Positions 45,836 through 54,862 of a stretch of DNA of 64,000 nucleotides are shown one piece after another. Source of the stretch: an uncultured Acidimicrobiales bacterium (lineage in GTDB: Bacteria > Actinomycetota > Acidimicrobiia > Acidimicrobiales > SHLQ01); NCBI GenBank assembly GCA_905479685.1, contig CAJQNJ010000086.1:3921-67920 (forward strand), written 5' to 3'. Position 1 is the stretch's first letter, and each line of letters begins with the position of its first letter. Below the pieces are notes generated by a model. The model saw only the letters and a list, made by a program, of their open reading frames with translations. It searched no databases and was not told the origin of the DNA. The position numbers and the translations under genes were made by a program.

Positions 45836-47181
45836 CTGATCGCAGGACCGAGCACATTGAGTTGTCACCACTCGAAGAGATCGAGCGATTGACCCTCGAG
45901 GTTGCCAAGGAGCGAAATCTCTCCCCCGGAATGGCCGATGCCGAAGGTGAGCTTCGATCGATCGTCGTGGAACTTGTCGAACAGTGGCGGGACGACTTCC
46001 GGCGGGGCATTCGGCAGCTCGACCTCACAGAACCAACTGCCGTTGTGGATCGAGCGATGACGAACCTCACGGGCTATGGCCCGCTTGCGGCACTTTTGGC
46101 TGACGACGACGTCTGGGAGATCATGCTGAATGCCCCCGATCAGATCTTCGTGAAGCGTCATTGCGGCCCATCGGGATATCACCATGAGTCGTTTCACGAC
46201 GATGCTCATGTGCTCCGGACGATGACACGAATCGTCGATCGCTCGAGTGGAGCACATCGGGCTCTCGACCCAACGTCAGGGCTGCAGGATGCGCAACTCG
46301 ACAATGGATCTCGGCTCCACATCGTGCATGGCGACATCGCTCGGGGTGGACACCTGATCGTGAACATCCGCAAGTTCACCGGGATGTCGTTCAGGTCCCT
46401 CGACGAACTCGTGGCGTCGAACACGCTGACTGTCGAAAGTGCGAACTTTCTGCGTGCGTGTGTACAAGCCAGTCTGTCGATGGTGTTCGCCGGCGTTCCT
46501 GGTGCTGGCAAAACGACGCTCATGTCCTGTTGCGCCGCTGAGTTGGACCCGACCTTGCGCGTTGTTGTCGCAGAAGAAGTCTTCGAGGCCGATGTACCGC
46601 TCCCGAATGTGGCGAGCATGCAGACTCGAGGCGCTCGGCCCGACCGTCCAGGAATCGATCTTCGAACTCTCGTGAGTGGATTTCTCCGGATGGCTCCAGA
46701 CGTCGCAATCGTCGGGGAGGTGCGCGATAAAGAAGCTCTTCCGTTGATGATGACCCTGTCGAGTGGTGTCACTGGGTTCACGACGATCCATGCCGGTTCT
46801 GCACGTCAAGCGCTGACGCGACTTCGTTTTGTGTGCCAGTTGGCGGAGACCTCGAGTGACATCCCGATGGCCGCGCTCAACGATCTGGTTTCTCAGGCTG
46901 TCGATGTCGTGGTCCACACGATCCGGACACCCGAGGGACCGCGTGTGAATCAGATCGCATGCGTCGAAGACCTCACGGCATCAACCGGCGGCACAAGTTT
47001 CACCATGACCGAGGTATTCAAACGCAACCCACACTCTGGACGTCTCGAATGGACAGGCCATGTTCCGCACCGAGCCGCTGAGGGCTTGGCCGAAGCTGGC
47101 ATCGATATCCGGGCGGTTCTGCCGCATGGTGCCCCGATGCGACCGCCACGCGGCGATGGCACACAGGCAGGACCACCATGA
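45832..47181 (+). CDS. tadA: Tad secretion ATPase TadA/CpaF (type II/IV secretion NTPase)
   Basis: ATG 45832 overlaps the upstream stop (ATGA). Walker A is GVPGAGKTTLM. The Asp box, Walker B (VVAEEVFE ... IVGEVRD) and His box (TIHAGSA) are present. Confidence 0.92.
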   Translation: MTDRRTEHIELSPLEEIERLTLEVAKERNLSPGMADAEGELRSIVVELVEQWRDDFRRGIRQLDLTEPTAVVDRAMTNLTGYGPLAALLADDDVWEIMLNAPDQIFVKRHCGPSGYHHESFHDDAHVLRTMTRIVDRSSGAHRALDPTSGLQDAQLDNGSRLHIVHGDIARGGHLIVNIRKFTGMSFRSLDELVASNTLTVESANFLRACVQASLSMVFAGVPGAGKTTLMSCCAAELDPTLRVVVAEEVFEADVPLPNVASMQTRGARPDRPGIDLRTLVSGFLRMAPDVAIVGEVRDKEALPLMMTLSSGVTGFTTIHAGSARQALTRLRFVCQLAETSSDIPMAALNDLVSQAVDVVVHTIRTPEGPRVNQIACVEDLTASTGGTSFTMTEVFKRNPHSGRLEWTGHVPHRAAEGLAEAGIDIRAVLPHGAPMRPPRGDGTQAGPP

Positions 47182-48059
47182 TCGCCGGGATACTCATCCT
47201 TGCGTTGCTCGGCGGGTATGGCGTGCACCTCGTGTACTCGTCCGCGGTGTACGGGTGGAGCGGTGTGCAACCTGGTCCCGAGGCGCCGAAGCTGAAACAA
47301 GATCAGGTCGGCCGGCTGCTTTCCTCGCTGGGACTTGGTGATTTCGATCCTCGAGCGCTGCTCGCCGCAGTCTTCGTGCTCGCCCTTCTCGGCTTTGCGT
47401 TCGGAACGCTGTTGTTCGGAGGGTTTGCGCCTGCGCTGATCATCGCCCTGTTCGCGGCCACTGCGCCCGTCGGAGTTGCACGGATGCGACACGAACGGTT
47501 GATCGCACACGCCCATCGTTCATGGCCGGCACTCATCGAAGAGATCCGGCTGCTCACCGGGACACTCGGTCGATCGATACCGCAGGCGACCTTCGAGGTC
47601 GGGGCACGAGCACCCGATGGGCTCCGACCCGCATTCGCCGATGCGCATCGAGAGTGGCTGATCTCCACAGACTTCGGCCGTTCGCTCGAGGTTCTCAAAT
47701 CTCGTCTGGCCCATAACACTGCCGACATCGTCGCCGAGACGTTGATGACGGCGCACGAACTCGGTGGCGGTGAGGTCGGCAATCGCCTCGCTGCACTCGC
47801 GCAGGATCGTATGACCGATCAGCAACATCGACGTGATGCTGTTGCTCGACAGGCCGGGGTCAAATTCGCTCGCTGGTTTACTCTGATCGTGCCGATCGGC
47901 ATGGCGATGACCGGTCTCACGATCGGAAATGGGCGCGAAGCGTACGCGACGCCCGTTGGGCAGCTACTCGTGGCATCGGCGCTCATGATGGTCATCGGGT
48001 GCTGGTTGTGGGCCGGCATCATCATGCGCATGCCCTCCGAGGAACGAGTCTTCCCGTGA
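47178..48059 (+). CDS. tadB: Tad pilus platform protein TadB (T2SS-F family)
   Basis: 293 aa with an ATGA overlap with tadA. An N-terminal TM, a cytoplasmic GspF-like domain and C-terminal TM helices. Confidence 0.8.
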   Translation: MIAGILILALLGGYGVHLVYSSAVYGWSGVQPGPEAPKLKQDQVGRLLSSLGLGDFDPRALLAAVFVLALLGFAFGTLLFGGFAPALIIALFAATAPVGVARMRHERLIAHAHRSWPALIEEIRLLTGTLGRSIPQATFEVGARAPDGLRPAFADAHREWLISTDFGRSLEVLKSRLAHNTADIVAETLMTAHELGGGEVGNRLAALAQDRMTDQQHRRDAVARQAGVKFARWFTLIVPIGMAMTGLTIGNGREAYATPVGQLLVASALMMVIGCWLWAGIIMRMPSEERVFP

Positions 48060-48955
48060 TTCGCCTGTTCGCAGCATCTTGCCTCTTGCTCTTCATCGGC
48101 TCGACGCTGGTCTTGAGCGAGCTCCGCTTGTTCAAGACGAAGTCGTTGTCCGCTCGGGTGTCTCCATACCTTCCAGGTGGGCGCAGCGTCCGCACTCGAG
48201 ACCCGCTTTCGCTCGAGAGTTTCGGCGAACTCCTCCGGCCACTCGCCGAGGCCTCGGGGGCGCTGGCCGCACGCGTTTTCGGCGTCAGCGAGGAATTGCC
48301 CAGGCGTCTGCGCCGGGTCCACTGGGACATCGACGCGTCAGGGTTTCGGGTTCGACAGATCGGATGGGCATTGGGCTCTGCGATGGTTGTTCTTGTCGTC
48401 GGTCTGGTGTTGGGCCTACCCGGACCTCTGGTGGCGATCGTCTCCTTGGGTGCGCCGCTGCTTGCGTTCCTCATCGTGGAACAGCAGCTGGCCAACGCAT
48501 CGGACAGATGGAAGGAGCGAACGTTCCAGGAACTCCCGGTGGTTGCCGAGCAGGTTGCGATGCTGCTCGGTTCGGGCTTCTCACTGGGCGCATCGCTCCA
48601 GCGAATCAGCGGCCGTGGTTCGGGGGTGATCGCCCGAGATCTCGAGATCGTCGTTCGTCGGATTCAGCACGGCTCGAGCGAGAGTGTTGCGTTGCGCGAA
48701 TGGGCGGACACCGTCGACGTCGATGCGGTCGGTCGATTCGTGAGCATCCTCGCGTTGAACAAGGAGGCGGGAGATCTCGGCAACATGGTCGCTGCTGAAG
48801 CGCGAACCGTTCGCGCCGAGGCCCACCGGGCACTCCTTGAATCGATTGAGAAGAAGAACCAACAGGTCTGGATACCTGTGACCCTCGCTGCGCTCGTCCC
48901 GGGCGTCATCTTGATGATGATCCCATTCATCACCGCACTGCGTGAGTTTGGTTGA
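48056..48955 (+). CDS. tadC: Tad pilus platform protein TadC (T2SS-F family)
   Basis: GTG 48056 overlaps the tadB stop (GTGA). Same architecture as TadB, with ELPVVAEQVAMLLGSGFSLGASL as the GspF-like core. Confidence 0.75.
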   Translation: MIRLFAASCLLLFIGSTLVLSELRLFKTKSLSARVSPYLPGGRSVRTRDPLSLESFGELLRPLAEASGALAARVFGVSEELPRRLRRVHWDIDASGFRVRQIGWALGSAMVVLVVGLVLGLPGPLVAIVSLGAPLLAFLIVEQQLANASDRWKERTFQELPVVAEQVAMLLGSGFSLGASLQRISGRGSGVIARDLEIVVRRIQHGSSESVALREWADTVDVDAVGRFVSILALNKEAGDLGNMVAAEARTVRAEAHRALLESIEKKNQQVWIPVTLAALVPGVILMMIPFITALREFG

Positions 48956-49039
48956 TCGGATTGAACGGTTTGGCCACACAACGTGGTGTCGTGGTAATAA
49001 CGAACCACGGCAGTGGACGGAAGAAAGAAGAAAGAAATC

Positions 49040-49264
49040 ATGGAAATGTCACGTGTGGTAGGCCGCCATCTCGGACTCATCGGAGTTCACCTGCGACGAG
49101 AACTTCGTGACCGGTGGGTCGACGACCGCGGTGAAGGAGTCATTTCGATGGCGATCGCGATCTTGATCATCGCGACGATCGGCGCAGCCATGTACTTGCT
49201 GTTCCAGGGCCTTGCCGAGTCCACGGGCAACAAGGCAGAAGACCAGATCAACAACATCGGCTGA
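49040..49264 (+). CDS. flp: Flp-family prepilin (non-canonical processing motif)
   Basis: 74 aa from ATG 49040, after an A/G-rich ggaagaaagaagaaagaa stretch. A charged leader ends in DDRG and is followed by the hydrophobic helix EGVISMAIAILIIATIGAAMYLLF. Position immediately after tadC. Confidence 0.6.
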   Translation: MEMSRVVGRHLGLIGVHLRRELRDRWVDDRGEGVISMAIAILIIATIGAAMYLLFQGLAESTGNKAEDQINNIG

Positions 49265-49274
49265 CCCAGTACCA

Positions 49275-49670
49275 ATGGTGAAGCGGGCCAGCAGCAGCTC
49301 GGCAACACGAGGTGAGCGAGGTTCCGGCATCCTCAGCATGTCGCTTGGTCTGGTGGTGTTCTTTACGCTCCTCGTGTTCGCCGTGCAGGTCATGTACAAC
49401 CTGTATGCCACGTCGGTGATCACCAGCCTTGCCCTCGACGCTGCGCGCGATGTCGCTGAGCGCGACGGGCCCACCAGCGGAGAAGCTGAGGCAGAGTTTC
49501 GACAGCACATCGGTGGCGACGTTTCGTTCGACATCGTTGTGATCGGCGATACGGTCCAGGCGTCCGTGCAATGGGAAACGCGGTCTCTGTTTCCATCGAT
49601 CAGTGATGCTCGGGCGTTCGGTGTTCTCGATCGAACCTTCGAAGTCAGGGTCGAGGAGCAGCAGGAGTGA
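49275..49670 (+). CDS. TadE-like pseudopilin
   Basis: 131 aa from ATG 49275. The leader ends in GERG and is followed by SGILSMSLGLVVFFTLLVFAVQV, the same RG-x-G-[VI][IL]-SM pattern as the flp gene. Confidence 0.65.
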   Translation: MVKRASSSSATRGERGSGILSMSLGLVVFFTLLVFAVQVMYNLYATSVITSLALDAARDVAERDGPTSGEAEAEFRQHIGGDVSFDIVVIGDTVQASVQWETRSLFPSISDARAFGVLDRTFEVRVEEQQE

Positions 49671-50125
49671 TCAGCGACACGCTGCGTCAGCGCATGAGCG
49701 AGGAGCGAGGTGTGGTCGCTGGTTCGGACATGTTGCTGTTCGGATTTCTTGCGCTCATTCTGAGTTCAATCGTCATCGTCAACGTGTGGACCGTGATCGA
49801 CGTTTCCTTTGCAGTTTCTTCGGCAGCCCGTGAAGGCGCTCGCACATACGTCGAATCAGACCCGAACACCGCGTGGGCAGAGACACAGGCACGGATGTAC
49901 GACGTGATGGAGGACTATGGAAGGACGAGCAGGGCAGTTGCGCCAAATCCTCCTGCGATCGCCCGATACGAACGTTGCGCTGTGGTCACCATCACCGCAG
50001 CGTACGACGTTGCATTGATCACCCTTCCACTGTTCGGCGACTTCGGTTCGCTGACCCGAATCGATGCCTCCCACAGCGAACGCATCGACCCGTATCGCAG
50101 CGGTGAGTACGAGGGAACATGTTGA
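49667..50125 (+). CDS. TadE-like pseudopilin 2
   Basis: GTG 49667 overlaps the upstream stop (GTGA). SEERGVVAGSDMLLFGFLALILSSIVIV is a leader plus hydrophobic helix. Size and position are typical for TadE/TadF. Confidence 0.55.
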   Translation: MISDTLRQRMSEERGVVAGSDMLLFGFLALILSSIVIVNVWTVIDVSFAVSSAAREGARTYVESDPNTAWAETQARMYDVMEDYGRTSRAVAPNPPAIARYERCAVVTITAAYDVALITLPLFGDFGSLTRIDASHSERIDPYRSGEYEGTC

Positions 50126-50574
50126 GTCCGACTCGACTCCAGCGGGCAACACTGCGCGCGGATCGAGGTCAGACCCTGCTGCTTGCACCGATCGGTCTGC
50201 TGATCGTCGTGTTCCTCGGCGGGGCAACACTCGAAGTCGGAGCCATGCACCTGAGGCAGCGGCAGTTGGACGACCTGGCTGATTCGATTGCGAATGACGC
50301 CGCAGCAGTCGGCTTCGACATCGAGGAGTTTCGCTCCACAGGGGAGATCGCGATCGACCCCAGAGCCGCAAACGGGGTCATCGACAGCGCCATTGCGATC
50401 TCGAATCTGCCCGAAGCTCGCGGCGAGGGGGTCAGTATTTCTCCTGGCCCGGAGCCCGAGACCGCGGTTGTCTTGTCTTACACCCACGAGTTCATTCTCG
50501 GCCGAGCGATCCTTGGAGCCTCAACCCAACTGACAGCGACCGGCGAGGCAACACTCGTCACCTCGAACCCATGA
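50119..50574 (+). CDS. TadG-like (Flp pilus assembly TadE/G-like) protein
   Basis: 151 aa. RADRGQTLLLAPIGLLIVVFLGGATLEVGAMHLRQRQLDDLADSIANDAA matches the Tad N-terminal pattern G..v..al.l.vllg.....vD.g......r..Lq.aaD.AA. Confidence 0.6.
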   Translation: MLSPTRLQRATLRADRGQTLLLAPIGLLIVVFLGGATLEVGAMHLRQRQLDDLADSIANDAAAVGFDIEEFRSTGEIAIDPRAANGVIDSAIAISNLPEARGEGVSISPGPEPETAVVLSYTHEFILGRAILGASTQLTATGEATLVTSNP

Positions 50575-51314
50575 CGTCGATCAGATCGCGCCGAGCGATG
50601 CGCACGGTCGGCGTGTGTTCCGCCCTGGTCTTTCTGATCGTTGCGCTGCACGCGCTTGGCCGCGCTGGACTTCGAGGTCCAACAGGGTTCTCCATGTCCG
50701 AGCTGACCGCATGGCTCGACGACCCAGTCGAGGTCATCGCAACCGTGGCGCGCTGGGTCGCGCTCGTTCTCTCGTACTACCTCGTAGCAATCGTGCTCGT
50801 CATCGCTGCGCTCGGAGACAACTTCGAGCAGTCGCTCGTTCAACACATCGTTCCGAGGCAGATATCGGGTCTCGTTGGACTCATCCTGGGAGTCAGCGCA
50901 GTAGCCGTGCCTCTGTCGATGCACATGGTGCAGACAGATACAGCGACGACAACGACACCCACCGAAGAGCTCAGCCTCAGCCCACTCGACGAGCCGTTGA
51001 CGTTGACCTCGAACGGAACGGCACCCCACGCGGGAGGCTTCGACGACCTCTCGCCAAATCTCGGGCGTGCGCCGGCGTCTGGTCGACAGTTCGAAACGTG
51101 GATCGTCGCCCCCGGGGACTCATTCTGGTCAATCGCCGAAGAACAACTCGTCGATACGTGGGGTCGAGGCGATCTCACCAACAACGAGATCGCCAGCTAC
51201 TGGCGAACCCTCATCGATGCGAACGTCGACCGACTTGTCGAACCCGGTAACCCGGATCTGTTGCTTCCGAACCAGGAACTATTGCTGCCTCGCACTCCCC
51301 CACCGCAGCGCTGA
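50571..51314 (+). CDS. polytopic membrane protein with C-terminal LysM peptidoglycan-binding domain
   Basis: ATGA overlap with the upstream stop. Three hydrophobic helices are followed by a Thr-rich linker and a LysM-like segment WIVAPGDSFWSIAEEQL...YWRTLIDANVDRLVEPGNPDLLLPNQELLLP. Last gene of the tad operon. Confidence 0.7.
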   Translation: MTSIRSRRAMRTVGVCSALVFLIVALHALGRAGLRGPTGFSMSELTAWLDDPVEVIATVARWVALVLSYYLVAIVLVIAALGDNFEQSLVQHIVPRQISGLVGLILGVSAVAVPLSMHMVQTDTATTTTPTEELSLSPLDEPLTLTSNGTAPHAGGFDDLSPNLGRAPASGRQFETWIVAPGDSFWSIAEEQLVDTWGRGDLTNNEIASYWRTLIDANVDRLVEPGNPDLLLPNQELLLPRTPPPQR

Positions 51315-51326
51315 GGACTATTGCGA

Positions 51327-51875
51327 TCAGACAGCTGCCAGGGGTACGAAGCTCAACCCGAGCGCATCGATCCGTGGAGCTGCGCCATCGATGCCGGTCC
51401 CGAGGATCGCGGCCAACGCTTGGAGATCATCTCGTCGAATCGTCAGCACACGGCCGTTGAAGTCCTGGCGTTGCACTTGGATCATGGTGAGGTAACGAGA
51501 AAGCATGTCGGCCTCAGGGCCAGAGAGCTTTTCGAGCTTCGTCAGATCGATCGTGATCGACGACGCCGCAGCTCGGGTGGGGCGCTCGCGAAGATCGATG
51601 GTTTCGTCGACCTCGACGCCGAAATCCGGGGCTCCTTCGATCGGTAGGAGCTGATCTACTGGCACGCTGTAGAACGCTGCCAATTTGCGAAGTCGGGGGA
51701 CCGAAATCGCTCGTTCGCCACGCTCGTACGCGCCGAGCACGGATGCCTTGAACTCTTGATCGCTGTTGGCCTCGACCTCTTGCAACGAAAGACGCTTCTG
51801 GCGGCGAATCGCGCGGAGCCGTTCGCCGACTTTGCGACTGTACTCATCAGGCGTGTTGTCGTTGTTCTCATCCAT
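51327..51875 (-). CDS. XRE-family helix-turn-helix transcriptional regulator with C-terminal domain of unknown function
   Basis: 182 aa. The HTH is VGERLRAIRRQKRLSLQEVEANSDQEFKASVLGAYERGERAISVPRLRKLAAFYSV. Confidence 0.75.
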   Translation of the reverse strand: MDENNDNTPDEYSRKVGERLRAIRRQKRLSLQEVEANSDQEFKASVLGAYERGERAISVPRLRKLAAFYSVPVDQLLPIEGAPDFGVEVDETIDLRERPTRAAASSITIDLTKLEKLSGPEADMLSRYLTMIQVQRQDFNGRVLTIRRDDLQALAAILGTGIDGAAPRIDALGLSFVPLAAV

Positions 51876-52037
51876 CGGAATCCCTCACCGTGTCCCCTGC
51901 GTACCAGTTCTGCTTCGCATCCGTATCGCCGCACCGTGCAGCCCGGTCAACGCACACAGTGGCAAGCTATTGGTCACCCTAGACACAATCCAAAACATCG
52001 GCCAAAACGAAACCAAGAGATTTCTGCTCCTAGAAAC

Positions 52038-52742
52038 TCACCGAACGTCAGACCGCCTGCCTGTTCCCACCGCGGTGAGCAGTGTTCCCGCTGCGATTGC
52101 CGCCGTCTCGGCCCGAAGGACCGTGTCGCCGAGGCTGACCGCCTGGGACGCAGCAGCCAACTCTGAAGCGGACCAGCCTCCTTCTGGACCGACCGCAATC
52201 GACGTATCGCGTGCGCCGAGGTGTCGACCGCCGAACTGTGCGATCGCCACATCGGACCGAGAGATCCACTCGACCGCCGGAGTGAGTGCGTCCAACTCGG
52301 GCAGATAGGCTCGATGACTCTGCATGGACGCCTCACGAACAATGCGTCTCCAACGGTCCTTGGCGCTCCGCACCTTGGCGTCGTCCCACTTGACCACGCT
52401 GCGTTCGGCGGACAGTACGACGATTCGATCGACACCGAGTTCGGTCAGCTTCTGGATCGCCAGCTCAGGCTTTTGCCCTTTGACGAGCGAAAACGCAACC
52501 GAGACCGGACGTTCACGAGGATCGACGAAGACGACGTCTCCCACAGGCTCCAACGTGCCGGACTCAGCGAGCGCAGCGCGGCGCCAGGATCCATTCCCAT
52601 CGCTTGCCGTCAGCGGATTGCCGACGCGCATCCGAAGCGACTTGGTGAGGTGGGACAGATCTTCATCGGCAACCACCATGTCGTCGAGCGACTCGACGAA
52701 CACATGTGGGCCAGCGCTTCCGGCCAACCTCTCCGGGGTCAC
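52038..52742 (-). CDS. rsmE: 16S rRNA (uracil1498-N3)-methyltransferase
   Basis: 234 aa; the GTG start overlaps the dnaJ stop (GTGA). PUA-like N-domain, SPOUT C-domain with [23 protein letters not shown] and GPEGGWS. Confidence 0.88.
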   Translation of the reverse strand: MTPERLAGSAGPHVFVESLDDMVVADEDLSHLTKSLRMRVGNPLTASDGNGSWRRAALAESGTLEPVGDVVFVDPRERPVSVAFSLVKGQKPELAIQKLTELGVDRIVVLSAERSVVKWDDAKVRSAKDRWRRIVREASMQSHRAYLPELDALTPAVEWISRSDVAIAQFGGRHLGARDTSIAVGPEGGWSASELAAASQAVSLGDTVLRAETAAIAAGTLLTAVGTGRRSDVR

Positions 52743-53860
52743 CTGAACGCCGACTTGACCTTACCGAAGAACCCTGGATCTGACGGAGCGACGTGTTCGG
52801 CCCGAAGCTCGGCGAATTGCCGGAGCAGCAACTCTTCTTCTTCGGTGAGATTCGTTGGCGTCGCAACAATCAGTTCCACGACCAGGTCGCCGCGGCCTCG
52901 CCCGTTGACGTGTGGAACACCCATGTGCCGCAGCCGGAATCGCCGGCCGGAGTCGGTCCCTGCAGGCACGAGAAGCGTCTCTGGCTCTTCGAGGGTCGGG
53001 ATCTGTAGCTCGGTACCCAACGCGGCTTGAGCAAATCCGATTGGCTGGCGGAGCAAGAGATCATCTCCGTCGCGAACGAACAGTTCATGGTCGCGCACCG
53101 AGATGTGTACGTAGAGATCTCCTTGCGCTCCCCCTCGGGGTCCCGCTGCTCCACGGCCGGTCAACCGGAGTGTCGAGCCGGAGTCGACCCCGGCAGGAAC
53201 ATCGACCGTGTAGTCGACGTCTTCGATCTGGCGACCCTGGCCACGACACACCGAACATGGCTGGTCGATCTTCTTGCCTTGACCCGAACACGTCGGACAC
53301 TGTGTCGCCGTCACCATCTGACCGAGGATCGACTGACGTACCCGCTGTACCTGACCGGAACCACCACATTCGTCGCAGACACTCGTGCCTGTGCCAGGTT
53401 CGGCCCCCGTCGTACCGCAGGGTTCGCACGCAACAGCAGTCCGCACGGTCACCAACTGTTCGCCACCAAAGACCGCTTCGGAGAGGTCGATTTCGAGCAC
53501 CGTCTCGAGGTCTTCACCGCGAGGTGGACCGCTCGGTCGACCACCGCCGCCGAACGGACTCCCGCCCCCACCAAAGAAGGTTTCGAAGATGTCACCCAAG
53601 TTCGCGCCGAAGGGTCCAGCCCCCGAGCCACCACCTTGGCCACCGAGTCCATCATCGCCGAACCGGTCATATCGCGAGCGGCGCTCGCTGTCTCCCAAGA
53701 CCTCGTACGCGTTGGCGATCTGTTTGAACTGCGCCTCGGCTTCGGGGTCGTCAGGATTCTGATCGGGATGGTACTGACGCGCAAGCTGTCGGTAGGCCTT
53801 CTTGATCTCGGCGTCGCTCGCTTGTTGCGACACACCGAGAATTGCGTAGTGATCGGCCAT
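52739..53860 (-). CDS. dnaJ: molecular chaperone DnaJ
   Basis: J domain (DHYAILGV ... [17 protein letters not shown]), a G/F-rich region and four CxxCxGxG zinc-finger repeats. Start taken as ATG 53860 ([10 protein letters not shown]); the ORF track starts one codon earlier at TTG 53863. Confidence 0.95.
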   Translation of the reverse strand: MADHYAILGVSQQASDAEIKKAYRQLARQYHPDQNPDDPEAEAQFKQIANAYEVLGDSERRSRYDRFGDDGLGGQGGGSGAGPFGANLGDIFETFFGGGGSPFGGGGRPSGPPRGEDLETVLEIDLSEAVFGGEQLVTVRTAVACEPCGTTGAEPGTGTSVCDECGGSGQVQRVRQSILGQMVTATQCPTCSGQGKKIDQPCSVCRGQGRQIEDVDYTVDVPAGVDSGSTLRLTGRGAAGPRGGAQGDLYVHISVRDHELFVRDGDDLLLRQPIGFAQAALGTELQIPTLEEPETLLVPAGTDSGRRFRLRHMGVPHVNGRGRGDLVVELIVATPTNLTEEEELLLRQFAELRAEHVAPSDPGFFGKVKSAFR

Positions 53861-54852
53861 CAACCCTCACTCAAACGTTTGCCAAGCGACTGGGACACTA
53901 CAGCGACCGCAGCCATCGCATGCGGGTAGTTCATTCGTGTTGGTCCGAGAAGGCCGATCGTTCCGCTCTGGTTTCCCTCGCCGACATAGGGGGCCACGAC
54001 GAGCGAACAATCCGCGAGCGGGTCAACTCCCGTTTCGTTTCCTATGGCAACCGACAGTCCCCGGTCCATCACGTCTCGAAGCAGACTCACGACGACCAGC
54101 TGCTTCTCGAGAAGTGAGAGCACCTCGCGCACCGTATCGATCGCTCCGAACGAACCAGGAAGGCGAGCGAGTCCCCCGACGTAGAGATCGCCTGCGACAT
54201 CTTGCGTGGTGAGTACGGCACGCGACGACTCAACAAGGCGGTCGGCCACCGCATTCCCGGTCGGGAGCGGTGTCGCCGACTCAGTGATTGTTCGGCCGAC
54301 CATGGCCGCCGTCAGGTGACCGCTGGCCATGGCAAGCGTGACCTCATCGACTTCATCGACGACCTCGATCGTGCTCTTGTCGACCGTGCCATCGGACAAC
54401 ACCATGACCGCCAGAACGACCGAGGGAGCAAGTTGCACCAACTGGACCGATCGAACGGTGGAGAGATCCCGGTCCGGGGCCACCACGACCGAAGCCACAC
54501 CCGTCATCTCGGAGAGGAGTCGCGAGGTCCGGTCGAGCATCTCTTCGATCTCGACATGTGTGTGATCGAAGAAGTCCTTCACCCGTTCGGTCTCGCTGCG
54601 ATCGAGCCCTGGCTCATCGATGGCATCGACGAATGCACGGTAGGCCTTCTCGGTCGGCACCCGCCCTGCGCTGGTATGTGGCTGGGTCAGATATCCCTGC
54701 TGGTCGAGGTGGACCAATTCGTTTCGGATCGTGGCAGAGGAAACGCCGAGATCGGCAATTTCCGCGACGAGTGACGAGCCAACGGGTTCCGCAGTCTCGA
54801 TATAGGTCTCAACGACAGCGCGAAGAATCGCCATCTTCCGATCATCCAGCAT
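53860..54852 (-). CDS. hrcA: heat-inducible transcription repressor HrcA
   Basis: 330 aa. The N-terminal w[34 protein letters not shown] is typical of HrcA. Upstream of dnaJ. Confidence 0.93.
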   Translation of the reverse strand: MLDDRKMAILRAVVETYIETAEPVGSSLVAEIADLGVSSATIRNELVHLDQQGYLTQPHTSAGRVPTEKAYRAFVDAIDEPGLDRSETERVKDFFDHTHVEIEEMLDRTSRLLSEMTGVASVVVAPDRDLSTVRSVQLVQLAPSVVLAVMVLSDGTVDKSTIEVVDEVDEVTLAMASGHLTAAMVGRTITESATPLPTGNAVADRLVESSRAVLTTQDVAGDLYVGGLARLPGSFGAIDTVREVLSLLEKQLVVVSLLRDVMDRGLSVAIGNETGVDPLADCSLVVAPYVGEGNQSGTIGLLGPTRMNYPHAMAAVAVVSQSLGKRLSEG

Positions 54853-54862
54853 CGCTGGAATG

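Noticed and set aside
54853-54862. CIRCE operator (TTAGCACTC-N9-GAGTGCTAA) upstream of hrcA/dnaJ.
   Set aside because: hrcA starts 10 nt after the lepA stop, leaving no room. I also did not see a CIRCE-like palindrome in the lepA upstream region (56648-56765). Regulation may act elsewhere, for example at groES/groEL outside this window.
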